Origin: Nitrospirota bacterium
Lineage (GTDB): Bacteria; Nitrospirota; UBA9217
Assembly (NCBI GenBank): GCA_963751455.1
Contig: CAVVUN010000002.1
Location: 352,001-416,000, forward strand
Direction: 5' to 3'
Length of the DNA stretch: 64,000 bases
In this document: positions 48,901 through 59,209 of the stretch, one piece after another
How positions within the stretch are numbered: position 1 is the first letter of the stretch
Layout of the letters: the number at the start of each line of letters is the position of its first letter
Translations under genes and position numbers: made by a program
The notes under the pieces: generated by a model
What the model was told of the DNA's origin: nothing
The model's database searches: none
The model's input: the letters and a program-made list of their open reading frames with translations, nothing else

Positions 48901-50380
48901 GCGGGAGGACTATGACCTCAGCAGTTTCCTATCCGGCTGGCTTTCGTATTACGGCCCGATCGAAAAAGAGGTTGTTACGCGCCTCCTCGGCATCCCGTCC
49001 GAGCGGTTTGACGAGGCAATCGTTCCTCTTCTGGAAGCGCAAAGCCTGATCTGGGACCAGTTCGGGGAAGAAAGCCGAAAGCCCGAAATCTGCGACAGTG
49101 AAAATTTCGAGACCCTTCTTCGCATGGCTCGACGGTATCGACAGCCGTCGTTCGAGCCCCTTCCCGCACGGCAGCTTCCGCTTTTTCTTGCGCTGTTTCA
49201 GGGCGTGGCGCGGCCCGGTGAAACCACCGAAGATCTGCAGCAACGGCTCGAACAGCTCTTCGGGTGGCCAGACCGCGCGACTGCCTGGGAAGAATATCTC
49301 CTGCCTGCCCGTATGCGGCAGTACAGCACTCACCGGCTCGATACCCTGATGGATTCCACTGAATTGATCTGGTTCGGCTGCGGCAATAAAAGGATCAGCC
49401 TGGCATTCTCCGAGGACCTTGAACTGTATAAACAGCCGGCGCGTTCAGACCATGACGGCGACCCGGCGGAACTCGAGCATTTGATACCTGACCGCCGCGG
49501 CAGGTACAGTTTTTTCGATATTGCCGAGTTTTCTCATCTTGATACAGTAGCGGCGGCGGAGCGCCTCTGGAAACAGGCCTGGAAAGGGAACGTTACGACG
49601 GATACCTTCAGGACGATCAGAAAGGGAGCGATAACGAGGTTCAAGCCTCAGCCGTTTGCCGCAGAGACGGCGCGGCTGGCATCCCGAAGGTCCGGTTTCG
49701 ACCGCTGGAAGGTGTCGCGGCCTTTGGAAGGACACTGGCTGCGGATCGACCGAACGGACGGCGAGGCGGACATCCTGGCCGGTGAAGAACTCGTGAAGGA
49801 CAGGGCCAGACAGCTGCTGAAGCGCTACGGCATTCTTTTTCGGGACCTCGTGGCTAACGAACTTCCTCCGCTGCAGTGGCGCGCGGTGTTCAGGTCCTTG
49901 CGTCTCATGGAATTCTCCGGAGAGATCGTATCAGGCTATTTTTTCAAAGGCGTTTCCGGCGTGCAATTCGCATCCCAGGAGGCGTTTCGGCTTCTTCAGG
50001 ACCCTTTGCCTGAGGACTCAGTTTTCTGGATCAACGCCGCGGATACTGCTTCGCTTTGCGGCATTGCCGCGGGAAACGTACAGGGCCTGCCGCCCCGCGT
50101 TCCCTCCACGTACCTGGTCTATCACGGCAGCCGGATGGTCATGATCGCGAAGCGCCAGGGAAAAGTACTCGATATTTTCGTTCCAGCCGACGATCCGCGG
50201 CTTCCGGATTATTTCAACCTCTTCAAACACCTGCTCGGCCGGGAGTTCAACCCTGCGCCCAGGATCTCAATAGAGATGGTAAACAACGAGCCCGCTATGG
50301 GGAGCGCATATGCGGAGCCGCTGAAGCGGTTCGGGTTCCGTACATCAAGGACTGCGTTGGAGCTTTGGAGGGAATATTGA
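45905..50380 (+). CDS. lhr: Lhr-family large DEAD/DEAH helicase
   Basis: APTGCGKT, SPLKALNND, TTPESL, DEIH, HHGSLS, LELGIDIG, QRVGRSGH, GGTIP and GELDEEFV, plus a long C-terminal domain (LLKRYGI). Confidence 0.93.
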   Translation: MSVSSLSFFHPLIQKWFRQKVGAPTDIQEKSWPEIAAGRHVLVTAPTGCGKTLAAFLWALNQLITGSWPRGNIRVLYVSPLKALNNDVRRNLLKPLAELKEVFAGAGSPFPDISVLTRSGDTPAEERRKMVRNPPEILITTPESLNLLLTSVSGRNMLRGIQTVILDEIHAVAATKRGTHLITGVERLVLLSGEFQRIALSATVNPVERIAEFAGGYRRFGKGKDSRYEKRPVSIIRSIQAKTFEVRVSFPRDARENMVDGSWWPPLVAAFKNLIAEHRSSLLFANSRRTAEKVTRMLNEGEQEELVYAHHGSLSREIRLAVEQKLKNGELRAIVATSSLELGIDIGSLDQVILVQTPRSVSSAIQRVGRSGHDVGEKSRGVIFPTHGRDFIDAAVTARAILEQDIEEVRPVQAPLDILAQVILSMTAAERWDIDDLYGFLKATYPYRDLPRRHFDLVIEMMAGRYADTRLRQLKARVSLDRIDNTIQAHSEVRYLIYTSGGTIPERGYFDLRLKDTHTKIGELDEEFVWERSIGETFTLGTQLWRIENFTHNDVEVTPVRSAPAIVPFWKAEEQDRDFHLSERIGLFLENAEMKVHSADFKQELMGANAMEDTAAGELIGFLKLQKEATGSSLPHRHHLLIEHIEEGAGQGDLKQVALHTFWGGRVNRPFALALSQAWEEQERTPLEFIETDDAVLLMLPRSIGSRELFSLLSPENVEAFLRKKLEQTGFFGARFRENAERALLLPKPGFRRRMPLWLIRLRAKELMAAVRSYEDFPILLETWRTCLSDEFDLENLKRVLEEVRVGRIRVTETVTRSASPFTGQLVWKRTNRYMYEDDTPLSAGQSALRPDLIREILFSPHLRPKIPADLIRVLDEKLKRTAAGYAPGSGPELLDWIKERLLVPLPEWKELAAAIRRDYDADAVARLAENRTKLAWVSWPGTSHPLLTAVETLPKALVAFRMLFDDVTVKPVTEDETVESLRGRIRHYLRDVPEPVVPREDYDLSSFLSGWLSYYGPIEKEVVTRLLGIPSERFDEAIVPLLEAQSLIWDQFGEESRKPEICDSENFETLLRMARRYRQPSFEPLPARQLPLFLALFQGVARPGETTEDLQQRLEQLFGWPDRATAWEEYLLPARMRQYSTHRLDTLMDSTELIWFGCGNKRISLAFSEDLELYKQPARSDHDGDPAELEHLIPDRRGRYSFFDIAEFSHLDTVAAAERLWKQAWKGNVTTDTFRTIRKGAITRFKPQPFAAETARLASRRSGFDRWKVSRPLEGHWLRIDRTDGEADILAGEELVKDRARQLLKRYGILFRDLVANELPPLQWRAVFRSLRLMEFSGEIVSGYFFKGVSGVQFASQEAFRLLQDPLPEDSVFWINAADTASLCGIAAGNVQGLPPRVPSTYLVYHGSRMVMIAKRQGKVLDIFVPADDPRLPDYFNLFKHLLGREFNPAPRISIEMVNNEPAMGSAYAEPLKRFGFRTSRTALELWREY

Positions 50381-50390
50381 TCTCGAATCA

Positions 50391-50496
50391 GCATAGCGCA
50401 TGGCGCAAAGCGCATGGAAATTCGGATGGAACATAGGACATGGTGCATTGTGAATCCGATCGCTTTTCGCTATGCTCTATGCGCTCTGCCCTATGC
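50391..50496. repeat. Heptamer GCATAGC/GCTATGC inverted arrays (related copies at 60687-60744; half copies at 37761-37783 and 41714-41739)
   Basis: gcatagcgcatggcgcaaagcg..cgctatgcYctatgcgctctgcYctatgc is shared by the two full copies. Confidence 0.85.
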
Positions 50497-50579
50497 GGGA
50501 ATTTCCAGCATTTTTCTTGATTTAACGCTGCGTTTCCGTATATAATGACCGAATCTCTCGGTATTGGGGCGCAGAATTC

Positions 50580-50810
50580 ATGGCGGAAAAAAAATTTGAA
50601 GCCGCGCTCGGGCGGCTTCAGGAAATAGTGAAAGAGCTTGAAACAGGGGAACTGCCCCTCGAACAGTCGCTGAAGCTCTTTGAAGAAGGGATCAAGCTTT
50701 CCCGCATATGCAACAAGCGTCTTGAGGAGGCCGAGCGCCGGGTGGAAATCCTTCTCAAGGACAAGGCAGGCAACATTGTGGCAAAACCATTTGAGGAAGA
50801 CGAAGGTTGA
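50580..50810 (+). CDS. xseB: Exodeoxyribonuclease VII small subunit
   Basis: FEAAL.RL.EIV..LE.G.LPLE.SL.LFEEG. Upstream TTGATT..TATAAT promoter-like sequence at 50517-50546. Confidence 0.96.
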   Translation: MAEKKFEAALGRLQEIVKELETGELPLEQSLKLFEEGIKLSRICNKRLEEAERRVEILLKDKAGNIVAKPFEEDEG

Positions 50811-50893
50811 ATAGTTGATTTGTTGAGTGGTAAGGGTGGAGTAACACGACTGAGCAACGTAACGACTTTACAACTCAACAGCATTTCAAAGAC

Positions 50894-51784
50894 ATGGACA
50901 TCAAAGTCTATCTCGAAAGAAAAAAGGCAGCTGTCGACAAGACCCTCGAAAAGCTTGTGCCGAATCAAAAAACGTTTCCGCCTGCGGTCTATGAGGCAAT
51001 GCGCTATAGCCTGTTCGCGGGCGGCAAGAGGGTGCGGCCCATCCTGGCAGTTGCTGCTGCCGAGGCGCTCGGTGTAAAGACCGCGGAGCTGCTGCCTGCT
51101 GCCTGCTCGCTGGAGTTGATTCACACCTACTCGCTGATTCACGACGACCTTCCGGCAATGGACGATGATGACTTCCGCCGGGGGAAGCCGACCTGCCATA
51201 AGGTTTACGGCGAAGCGATCGCCATCCTTGCCGGGGACGGCCTGCTGAACATGGCCTTCGAGGTGCTTTCCGACCCGGGCAGGACCAAGGAAATTCCCGC
51301 GAACCGGATGATCGCAATCATCAAAGAGATTGCGACGGCATCCGGAGTGCTGGGTATGGTGGGCGGGCAGGTGGTGGACATCCAATCGGAGGGCGTGGAA
51401 ATCGACTTCCCGACTCTTGAGTACATTCACACTCACAAAACTGGCGCATTGATCCGCTCGTCGGTAAGGGTAGGAGCGCTCTATGCGAAAGCGGGAAAAA
51501 GGGAGTTCTCGGCGTTGACGAGATATGGAGAGATGGCGGGACTTGCGTTTCAGATCGCCGACGATATTCTCGACATTACCGGCAAGCAGGAGGATATCGG
51601 AAAAGACGTGGGCAGCGACCTGAAAAAAGGGAAAAAGACGTTTCCCGGTTTCTATGGTCTCGAAGAATCGCGCCGCCGCGCTCACGAGGTCGTTGATCAT
51701 GCCCTGCTGGCCTTGAAGGATTTTGATCGTAAGGCAGATCCGCTCCGGGAGCTGGCGAAGTACATAATAACGAGGGTCAATTAG
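50894..51784 (+). CDS. ispA: Farnesyl diphosphate synthase
   Basis: GGKRVRP, HDDLPAMDDDDFRRG and FQIADDILD. Confidence 0.95.
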   Translation: MDIKVYLERKKAAVDKTLEKLVPNQKTFPPAVYEAMRYSLFAGGKRVRPILAVAAAEALGVKTAELLPAACSLELIHTYSLIHDDLPAMDDDDFRRGKPTCHKVYGEAIAILAGDGLLNMAFEVLSDPGRTKEIPANRMIAIIKEIATASGVLGMVGGQVVDIQSEGVEIDFPTLEYIHTHKTGALIRSSVRVGALYAKAGKREFSALTRYGEMAGLAFQIADDILDITGKQEDIGKDVGSDLKKGKKTFPGFYGLEESRRRAHEVVDHALLALKDFDRKADPLRELAKYIITRVN

Positions 51785-51809
51785 AACAAATCTGAATACG
51801 AAGTGTATT

Positions 51810-51897
51810 TATCCGCAGATTACGCGGATGGGCGCAGATTTTTAAACCATAAATTCGGCTTTGGCTTAATCTGTGAAATCTGCGGAATCTGCGAATG
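51810..51897. repeat. Nonamer CGCAGATTW/AATCTGCG inverted element
   Basis: Same core as 59075-59151. Confidence 0.8.
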
Positions 51898-51942
51898 AAA
51901 AAGACGTGAAGTTTTAACTTAGAATTTAACGAAGAGGTTTCC

Positions 51943-53862
51943 ATGCTACTGGACAAGATCAACAGCGCGCGTGACCTGAGATCCTTGCCGCAGGCGGAGT
52001 TGCCTGCTCTCGCGGGGGAACTCCGCGAGGAGATCATCGATGTCGTGTCAGAGACCGGCGGTCACCTGGCTTCGAGCCTCGGAGTCGTCGACCTGACGAT
52101 CGCTCTTCACTATGCTTTCGACACCCCGAAAGACCGGATCGTCTGGGACGTGGGACACCAGGCGTATGCCCACAAGATCCTGACGGGGAGGCGCGGCCAG
52201 TTCCCGACGCTCAGGCAGCACGGCGGCATCAGCGGGTTCCCCAAACGGGAAGAAAGCGATTGTGATCACTTCGACGTCGGCCACGCCAGCACCTCGATTT
52301 CGGCGGCACTCGGCATGGTCGCGGCGCGCGATATCAAAGGCGATGACTACCGGGTGATCGCTGTAATCGGGGACGGCTCCATGTCGGCGGGGCTGGCGTT
52401 TGAGGGGTTGAACCAGGCCGGACATTTGAAGAAGAACCTGATCGTGGTCCTGAACGACAATGAGATGTCCATTTCGCCCAATGTCGGCGCGCTTTCGTCC
52501 TACCTCAGCAGGCTCATGACCGGGAACTTCTACACGAAACTCCGGCAGGAAACCAAGAATTTTCTTCAGGGTATTCCCCGGGTCGGCGAGGCCATGTTCA
52601 ATCTCGCGAAAAAGACCGAGGACTCCATCAAGGGACTTATGGTGCCCGGCATGCTGTTCGAGGACCTCGGCTTTCAGTACGTCGGCCCGATAGACGGACA
52701 TAATATCGAGCACCTGCTTCAGACGTTCAACAATATAAAAGGTTTTACGTGGCCGGTGCTTGTTCATATTGTAACGAAGAAGGGCAAAGGTTTCGCGTTC
52801 GCGGAACACAATCCTTCTCAGTTTCACGGCACGCCGCCGTTTGACCGCGAAACGGGCAAGACGAACAGAAAATCTTCGGTGCTGAGCTATACCGAAGTTT
52901 TCGGTCAGACGCTGATCAAACTTGCAGAAGAAAACGACAAGATCGTCGCTATCTCCGCCGCCATGTCGGAAGGGACCGGACTGGACAGGTTTTCCGAACG
53001 GTATCCCGACCGTTTCTTCGATGTGGGGATCGCAGAATCTCACGGAATAACCTTTGCCTGCGGACTTGCCGTCGAGGGCCTCCATCCCGTGGCCGCTATA
53101 TATTCCACGTTCACCCAGCGGGCCTATGACCAGGTGGTCCACGATCTCTGCCTCCAGAACCTGCCGGTAACCCTTGCGCTGGACCGGGCAGGGCTTGTCG
53201 GCGAGGACGGTCCCACCCACCACGGCGTGTTCGATATCGCGTATCTCCGCCACATTCCGAATATGATCATAATGGCCCCCAAGGACGAGAACGAGCTGCA
53301 GCATATGATCAGGACCGCAGTGGAACACCACGGTCCGTCAGCTGTGCGTTATCCCCGCGGCGCCGGATACGGCATACCGATGGACCAGGAGATCAGGAAA
53401 ATCGAGATTGGAAAGGCCGAGTTGCTTCTTGACGGGCACGATGTCGCCATCCTGGCGCTCGGGAACATGGTATATCCCTCGATGGAGGCAGCTAAGCGGC
53501 TTATGGATGAAGGCATTTCAGCCGCGGTTGTGAATGCCCGCTTCGTGAAACCGCTCGATCAGGATTTTATCATACAGATCGCCAAGATGACGGGGAAGTT
53601 GGTGACCGTGGAAGAGCACGCTCTGGCCGGAGGTTTCGGAAGCGCAGTGCTGGAGTGCCTGGATGAGCGGCATGTCACCGGTATTAAATCCCTCCGCATA
53701 GGAATTCCGGACAACTATATCGAACACGGTTCGCAAAAACTTCTCCGGAAGAAATACGGACTTGATACGGACGGCATTTATTCGAAGGTGAAGGAGTTTA
53801 TCAGGAGATCTCCGGTCAAGACGCCGTCATCGGCAGCCGGCTTGAAGGCAAAGGATGCTTGA
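51943..53862 (+). CDS. dxs: 1-deoxy-D-xylulose-5-phosphate synthase
   Basis: [29 protein letters not shown] and [15 protein letters not shown]. Confidence 0.98.
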   Translation: MLLDKINSARDLRSLPQAELPALAGELREEIIDVVSETGGHLASSLGVVDLTIALHYAFDTPKDRIVWDVGHQAYAHKILTGRRGQFPTLRQHGGISGFPKREESDCDHFDVGHASTSISAALGMVAARDIKGDDYRVIAVIGDGSMSAGLAFEGLNQAGHLKKNLIVVLNDNEMSISPNVGALSSYLSRLMTGNFYTKLRQETKNFLQGIPRVGEAMFNLAKKTEDSIKGLMVPGMLFEDLGFQYVGPIDGHNIEHLLQTFNNIKGFTWPVLVHIVTKKGKGFAFAEHNPSQFHGTPPFDRETGKTNRKSSVLSYTEVFGQTLIKLAEENDKIVAISAAMSEGTGLDRFSERYPDRFFDVGIAESHGITFACGLAVEGLHPVAAIYSTFTQRAYDQVVHDLCLQNLPVTLALDRAGLVGEDGPTHHGVFDIAYLRHIPNMIIMAPKDENELQHMIRTAVEHHGPSAVRYPRGAGYGIPMDQEIRKIEIGKAELLLDGHDVAILALGNMVYPSMEAAKRLMDEGISAAVVNARFVKPLDQDFIIQIAKMTGKLVTVEEHALAGGFGSAVLECLDERHVTGIKSLRIGIPDNYIEHGSQKLLRKKYGLDTDGIYSKVKEFIRRSPVKTPSSAAGLKAKDA

Positions 53863-54057
53863 AGAAAACGGCAGACCACGTCCGCATAACCGTACTACCC
53901 GGGGCACTAAAAATAATTTAGTGCCTTTTTTGTTTCTCCATACGTCCTCTTCCAGCCCCTCGCTGTTCCATATCCGTTTACGCAGCTGAAATTTTCTGTT
54001 ATAATCCGTCAATGTTCCGGTTTTTTTAGAACGTATCTTCACTGTTTGGAGGCGCTC

Positions 54058-56061
54058 ATGCCGAGAAAAATCGCTGAATTATTATCCTGCCCCTTTGCAG
54101 AAACAGTCACCGGAGCGTTCATGGCCTTCGCAGTGTTAGCCGGCAGCGCCGGAGCAGCCGACGCAGGACTGATCGCGGGGGACCTTAAGAAGCTCAGCCT
54201 GGAAGAGCTTATGAATATCGAGGTGCAGACGGTTTACTCGGCATCGAAATATGAACAGAAGATAACGGAGGCGCCCTCCTCGGTCACGATCATTACATCG
54301 GCGGACATCAGGAAATACGGCTATCGTACACTCGCGGACATTCTGCGCAGCGTCAGAAGCTTCTTTATCACGTATGACCGCAACTATACCTATGTCGGAG
54401 TACGCGGGTTCGGGCGGCCGGGGGACTATAACGGCCGTATTCTGCTGCTGATCGACGGTCACCGCACCAATGACAACATATACGATCAGGCTTTTGTCGG
54501 GACTGAAGGGATTATCGATGTCGATCTCATTGACCGGGTTGAGGTGGTACACGGGCCGGGTTCGTCCCTTTACGGAAACAATGCATTCTTCGCCGTAGTC
54601 AACATCGTTACCAAGCAAGGGCAGGATTTCCAGGGGACGCAACTGTCCGTGGAGGCCGCCCGGTATGATACCTATAAAGGGCGAATCAGTTATGGCAATC
54701 AATTCTCAAATGGCTTCGAAGCGATCGTGTCAGGCACGGGTTACGACAGCAAGGGACAACAATTGTTTTTTGAGGAGCTGGGCGCCGTCGCCAATCAGAC
54801 CGATTATGACCGATATCAGAGCTTCTTTACGAAGACATCTCTCAGGGATTTTGTCTTCGAAGGCGCGTATAATGCGAGAACAAAAGGCATTCCCACGGGC
54901 GCTTTCGAGACCGACTTTAACGACCCGGGCAACAAAACGATCGACGGACACGCATATGGCGATTTAAAATACAGCGTCAACCTCGGCGGTGAGACGAATC
55001 TTACGGCAAGGGTCTATTACGACTATTACTGGTACGAGGGGGATTATATTGCCGGCGGAGTAACACAAAAAGACCTTGGATACGGCAACTGGTGGGGCAG
55101 CGAGGTGAAAATGTCATCCAGGCTTTTCGATACCCACCGTGTTATTATGGGCGTAGAATTAACGGATAATGTGCGCCAAGATCAGAAAAATTTCGATGTG
55201 GCGCCTTATTCACTCAATCTTGATGACCGGAGGAGATCAAGGATTTGGGCCGCTTATCTTCAGGATGAGTTTGAGATCGGAAGAAATATTATCATGAATG
55301 CCGGCGTACGATATGACCGCTACAGTAATTTTGGAGGCACTACGAATCCCCGCCTGGCGCTAATCCACAATCCGACGGAGCGAAGCACCGTCAAGCTGCT
55401 CTATGGAAGCGCTTTCCGTACTCCGAACGTGTTTGAGCTCTATTACTCGACTCCACCCGTGAATGTGCCGAACCCGGACCTCAAACCGGAAAAGATAAAG
55501 ACTTATGAACTGGCATATGAGTACCATCCCGGCAAAGGATTCCGCGTCGGCGCTTCGGGGTTCTATTACCGTATAAAAGACTTGATCAATCAGGTTGATA
55601 CCGCGGCTGGCACCACGTTTGAAAATGTGGACCAGGTGGTTGCACGGGGCGCGGAATTGTCGCTGGCAGGCAGGCGGCAGAACGGGACTGAAGGCAGGTT
55701 CAGCTACACAATCCAGCATACTGAAGACAAACTGACCGGGGAACCGCTCACGAATTCCCCGAGACACCTGGTAAAAGTAAATATTTCCGCGCCTATAGTA
55801 AAAGAAAACGTGTACGGAAGCGTCGAAGAGCAGTACACGAACACGAGGCGGACCGAGGCCGGCCAATCCACGCAGGGTTTTTACTTGACCAACGTGACAC
55901 TGCTGGCCCGGAATTACATCGATCGGCTTGAAGTGTCCGCCAGTATTTATAATCTTCTCGACACCGAATACCGCGATCCCGTTTCTGCCGACCTGCAGCC
56001 GCTTGACACCGTAAGGCAGGACGGACGCACGTACCGGTTGAAAGTAAGTTATTCTTTCTAG
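54058..56061 (+). CDS. TonB-dependent receptor
   Basis: LSLEELMNIEV, the plug IDRVEVVHGPGSSLYG, and a C-terminal GRTY..SYSF. Confidence 0.93.
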   Translation: MPRKIAELLSCPFAETVTGAFMAFAVLAGSAGAADAGLIAGDLKKLSLEELMNIEVQTVYSASKYEQKITEAPSSVTIITSADIRKYGYRTLADILRSVRSFFITYDRNYTYVGVRGFGRPGDYNGRILLLIDGHRTNDNIYDQAFVGTEGIIDVDLIDRVEVVHGPGSSLYGNNAFFAVVNIVTKQGQDFQGTQLSVEAARYDTYKGRISYGNQFSNGFEAIVSGTGYDSKGQQLFFEELGAVANQTDYDRYQSFFTKTSLRDFVFEGAYNARTKGIPTGAFETDFNDPGNKTIDGHAYGDLKYSVNLGGETNLTARVYYDYYWYEGDYIAGGVTQKDLGYGNWWGSEVKMSSRLFDTHRVIMGVELTDNVRQDQKNFDVAPYSLNLDDRRRSRIWAAYLQDEFEIGRNIIMNAGVRYDRYSNFGGTTNPRLALIHNPTERSTVKLLYGSAFRTPNVFELYYSTPPVNVPNPDLKPEKIKTYELAYEYHPGKGFRVGASGFYYRIKDLINQVDTAAGTTFENVDQVVARGAELSLAGRRQNGTEGRFSYTIQHTEDKLTGEPLTNSPRHLVKVNISAPIVKENVYGSVEEQYTNTRRTEAGQSTQGFYLTNVTLLARNYIDRLEVSASIYNLLDTEYRDPVSADLQPLDTVRQDGRTYRLKVSYSF

Positions 56062-56153
56062 CGAAGATCGAAGCCCCCGGAGCCAGAGCACGGAACCCTG
56101 ATTTCGCCCGTCTCCGGCCGGGATGGAAAAGTGGCAGTGCTCAACAAAAAATC

Positions 56154-56714
56154 ATGAAAGTGTTTATCCGCATCGCCGCATATCTTGTTTTTGCAGCCGC
56201 CCTTGCAACAACAGCGCGACCGGCTTGCGCACAGTCGCAGCCGGGCGAATATGAGGTGAAGGCCGCATTCCTGTACAATTTTTTGCCCTTCGTCGAATGG
56301 CCCGCTTCCCCCGGGCGCTTAGTACGGTCACTTCGGGTATGCATTCTCGGAGTGAGCCTCGAAGAGGGCCCGTTCGAGGAGTTGGACGGCCAGGAGGTGA
56401 TGGGCAGAAAACTCGAGATCGTTCAACTGGCATCGCTGGCGGATCTCGGCCGCTGCGATGTTCTCTTCATAGGCGCCTCGGAACAAAACAACCTTCCCCG
56501 GATACTTAAAGCCCTTCAGGGGACCAGCATACTCTCCATCGGTGATACCGCCGGCCTTGCCCGCCAGGGCGTCATTATTAATTTTTATGTCGAGCAGAAG
56601 AAGATACGCTTCGAGATCAATGCGGCGGCGGCGCGAAGGGCCGGTCTTACGATCAGTTCCAAGCTCTTGAAACTCGCGGGTTCTGTCTATGGCGCATCGG
56701 GAGCAGGAGAGTAA
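56154..56714 (+). CDS. YfiR/DUF4154 family periplasmic protein
   Basis: EYEVKAAFLYNF..FVEWP and FEIN..AA.RAGL.ISSKLLKLA. Confidence 0.92.
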   Translation: MKVFIRIAAYLVFAAALATTARPACAQSQPGEYEVKAAFLYNFLPFVEWPASPGRLVRSLRVCILGVSLEEGPFEELDGQEVMGRKLEIVQLASLADLGRCDVLFIGASEQNNLPRILKALQGTSILSIGDTAGLARQGVIINFYVEQKKIRFEINAAAARRAGLTISSKLLKLAGSVYGASGAGE

Positions 56715-56715
56715 A

Positions 56716-58209
56716 ATGTCCCGGTTCCACAATCTGTTGCTCAGGCAAAAGCTCATTCTCAGCGGACTGCTCACGGCAGGCATCACCGTTCTGCTGGCCG
56801 GCACAGTCATGTTAGGGACCGAGATCGCGGTTCACCGCGACGAGATGGTAAAGGATCTGACCGTTAAGGCGGAGATCATCGGCAATCAATGCACCGCGGC
56901 GCTGCTGTTCAATGTTCCGAAGGATGCCGAGGAAACGCTGGGCGCTCTTCGGGCCGATCCCGATATAAAGTATGCGGCTGTCTACACCAGGGACGGTACA
57001 TTGTTTGCTTTATACAGCCGTGCGGGAAAAACGGATGCGTGGTTCCCGCAGCGGCCGCTGACCGAGGGGCATCACTTCGGAGTCGATCATATCTCGCTCT
57101 ACCGAGGGATCAAAGTGCGTGACAAGCACATCGGCACGGTCCTCATCTGGGCCGACCTGCGGAAATTTCATTCCCTGCTGTTCATCTACATGGGTGTGGC
57201 CTGTGTTGTCGTTGTTGTTTCGCTCGTCGTAGCCTATATTCTGGTGTCCCGCCTTCAGCGATCCATTACCCGGCCGGTCACAGACCTGGTGGAGATGATG
57301 GGCGACGTATCACGGGACAGGGATTTTTCAGTCCGGGCGCCAGGGACCGGAGAAGATGAACTCGGGTCTCTTGCCCGGGGCTTCAATGAAATGCTTTCCA
57401 CGATCCAGGACCGCGACCGGGAACTCGAAGCCCATCGGCGTAATCTCGAGCGTACCGTCTCCAATTTGGAACGGTCAACGACCGAACTTCAGGAAGCGAA
57501 CAAAAAGCTCCAGGCGCTGGACAGGCTGAAATCGGATTTCATAACCGTGGTGTCCCACGAACTTCGGACGCCGCTCACGGCCATCAAGGCCTTTGTGGAA
57601 ATCATCCTGATTAAGCCGCACATGGCTAATGACCGGAAAACGAAGTTTCTGAACACCATTAACACGGAAAGCGACCGGCTTGCACGTTTGATCAATGATC
57701 TTCTTGATCTTTCGCGGATCGAATCCGGCGAGACGGTCCGTCGTCACGAAAAAGTCAGCCTGAACGATATAATCCGGAATTCCGTCGCGTGCATTGTGCC
57801 GCTCGCGGAAAACAAACAGCACAGCGTTGTCACGGAGATTGAACCGGAGCTTCCCCCCATATGGGGAGACCGGGACGGTCTCGTTCAGGTTATGACGAAC
57901 ATCCTTTCAAATGCCGTGAAATTTACCCCGAACGGCGGCAGCATTCATGTCTCTGTCCGTCGGGATAACGGGCACATCGCAGTTTCCGTTACTGATAACG
58001 GCGCCGGCATTCCTGAAGAGGATATCGAAGTCATTTTCGACAAGTTCCAGCGATCGGGTGACCAACTGACGAGCACGGTCGAAGGTTCAGGGCTCGGTCT
58101 TTCCATCGCCAAAAAAATCATAGAGCTGCATGGCGGGGCAATCTGGGCGCAGAGCAAGTACGGCGCAGGGAGCACGTTCACGTTCAAACTGCCGCTTTTG
58201 GGGGCCTGA
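56716..58209 (+). CDS. Sensor histidine kinase (CHASE8-like, HAMP, HisKA, HATPase)
   Basis: DELGSLARGFNEML, SHELRTPL, NAVKFT, DNGAGI and GSGLGLSI. Confidence 0.94.
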   Translation: MSRFHNLLLRQKLILSGLLTAGITVLLAGTVMLGTEIAVHRDEMVKDLTVKAEIIGNQCTAALLFNVPKDAEETLGALRADPDIKYAAVYTRDGTLFALYSRAGKTDAWFPQRPLTEGHHFGVDHISLYRGIKVRDKHIGTVLIWADLRKFHSLLFIYMGVACVVVVVSLVVAYILVSRLQRSITRPVTDLVEMMGDVSRDRDFSVRAPGTGEDELGSLARGFNEMLSTIQDRDRELEAHRRNLERTVSNLERSTTELQEANKKLQALDRLKSDFITVVSHELRTPLTAIKAFVEIILIKPHMANDRKTKFLNTINTESDRLARLINDLLDLSRIESGETVRRHEKVSLNDIIRNSVACIVPLAENKQHSVVTEIEPELPPIWGDRDGLVQVMTNILSNAVKFTPNGGSIHVSVRRDNGHIAVSVTDNGAGIPEEDIEVIFDKFQRSGDQLTSTVEGSGLGLSIAKKIIELHGGAIWAQSKYGAGSTFTFKLPLLGA

Positions 58210-58304
58210 AAAGGCTAGTCAGGGAATTTTGTGATGGCTATCGAAACTTAGAATCAAAACGCTTAATTCAGGCCGAGGACACAGAAAATCATTTTGGCGA
58301 CGTT

Positions 58305-59051
58305 ATGGAAAAGAAAAAGATAAAAAAGCGGCTTGACGTGCTGCTGTTAGAGCGCGGGCTTGCGGAAAGCAGGGAGAGGGCCCAGGCAATAATCTTTACG
58401 GGAAATGTCCTCGTAAATGGCCAAAAAAGGGATAAGGCCGGTGTGCTGGTTCCTGAAGATTCCGAAATCCGTCTGCTCGCCGAGGCACTGCCATATGTGA
58501 GCAGGGGAGGGCTCAAGCTTGAAGCGGCATTAAAAGATTTCCGCATTTCAGTGCACGGTAAAAAAGCGCTCGATGTGGGAGCGTCAACCGGAGGGTTCAC
58601 CGACTGTCTGCTGCAGCACGGCGCGGAAAAAGTGTATGCAATCGATGTTGGTTACGGCCAGCTGGCATGGAAACTCAGGCAGGACCCGCGGGTTGTTGCG
58701 ATCGAACGCGCCAACATCCGGGACCTGCCCCAGACCCTCGTGCCTGAGCCGATAGATATTGCTGTAATCGATGTCTCGTTCATTTCGCTCCAAAAGGTTC
58801 TACCCCCCGTGCTCAAATTCCTGAAGCCCGCTTGCGACGTCATCGCGCTCATTAAACCGCAGTTCGAAGTAGGGAAGGAACGTGTAGGCAAGGGCGGGAT
58901 AGTGCGGGATGAAGCTGCAAGGACTGAGGCGGTTGACACTATCGTCGCCTTTGCAGCCGTCCAAGGGCTTCTCATAAAAGGCGTTATCCCTTCACCGATA
59001 ACCGGCCAGGATGGGAATGTAGAATTCCTCATGTATGCGGTAAGGCAATAA
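58305..59051 (+). CDS. tlyA: TlyA family rRNA methyltransferase
   Basis: RLDVLL, YVSRGGLKL, DVGASTGGFTD, DVSFISL and KPQFE. Confidence 0.96.
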   Translation: MEKKKIKKRLDVLLLERGLAESRERAQAIIFTGNVLVNGQKRDKAGVLVPEDSEIRLLAEALPYVSRGGLKLEAALKDFRISVHGKKALDVGASTGGFTDCLLQHGAEKVYAIDVGYGQLAWKLRQDPRVVAIERANIRDLPQTLVPEPIDIAVIDVSFISLQKVLPPVLKFLKPACDVIALIKPQFEVGKERVGKGGIVRDEAARTEAVDTIVAFAAVQGLLIKGVIPSPITGQDGNVEFLMYAVRQ

Positions 59052-59052
59052 C

Positions 59053-59209
59053 GTAACTACTCAGGTCATTTTTTTATCCGCAGATTACGCAGATTTCGCA
59101 GATAAAAACAAAACCAGAATTCCGGTTTTAGAATCTGCGAAATCTGCGGATAGAAGGGCTTTTTCTTAGATTTGTCTTATGCTGTTCTGAAAAGAAGCTG
59201 AATAGTTAC
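59053..59209. mobile_element. 157-bp MITE with 12-bp TIRs and an 8-bp target site duplication
   Basis: GTAACTACTCAG..CTGAATAGTTAC is flanked by GCAATAAC at 59045-59052 and 59210-59217. Confidence 0.85.

Noticed and set aside
45156-50380. vapBC plus lhr as an anti-phage system
   Set aside because: Lhr is of the ordinary repair type with host-like composition, and adjacency alone is not enough evidence.
52048-53331. Long antisense ORFs (also 7462-8322, 50618-51700 and others)
   Set aside because: They are shadows of well-supported genes on the opposite strand.
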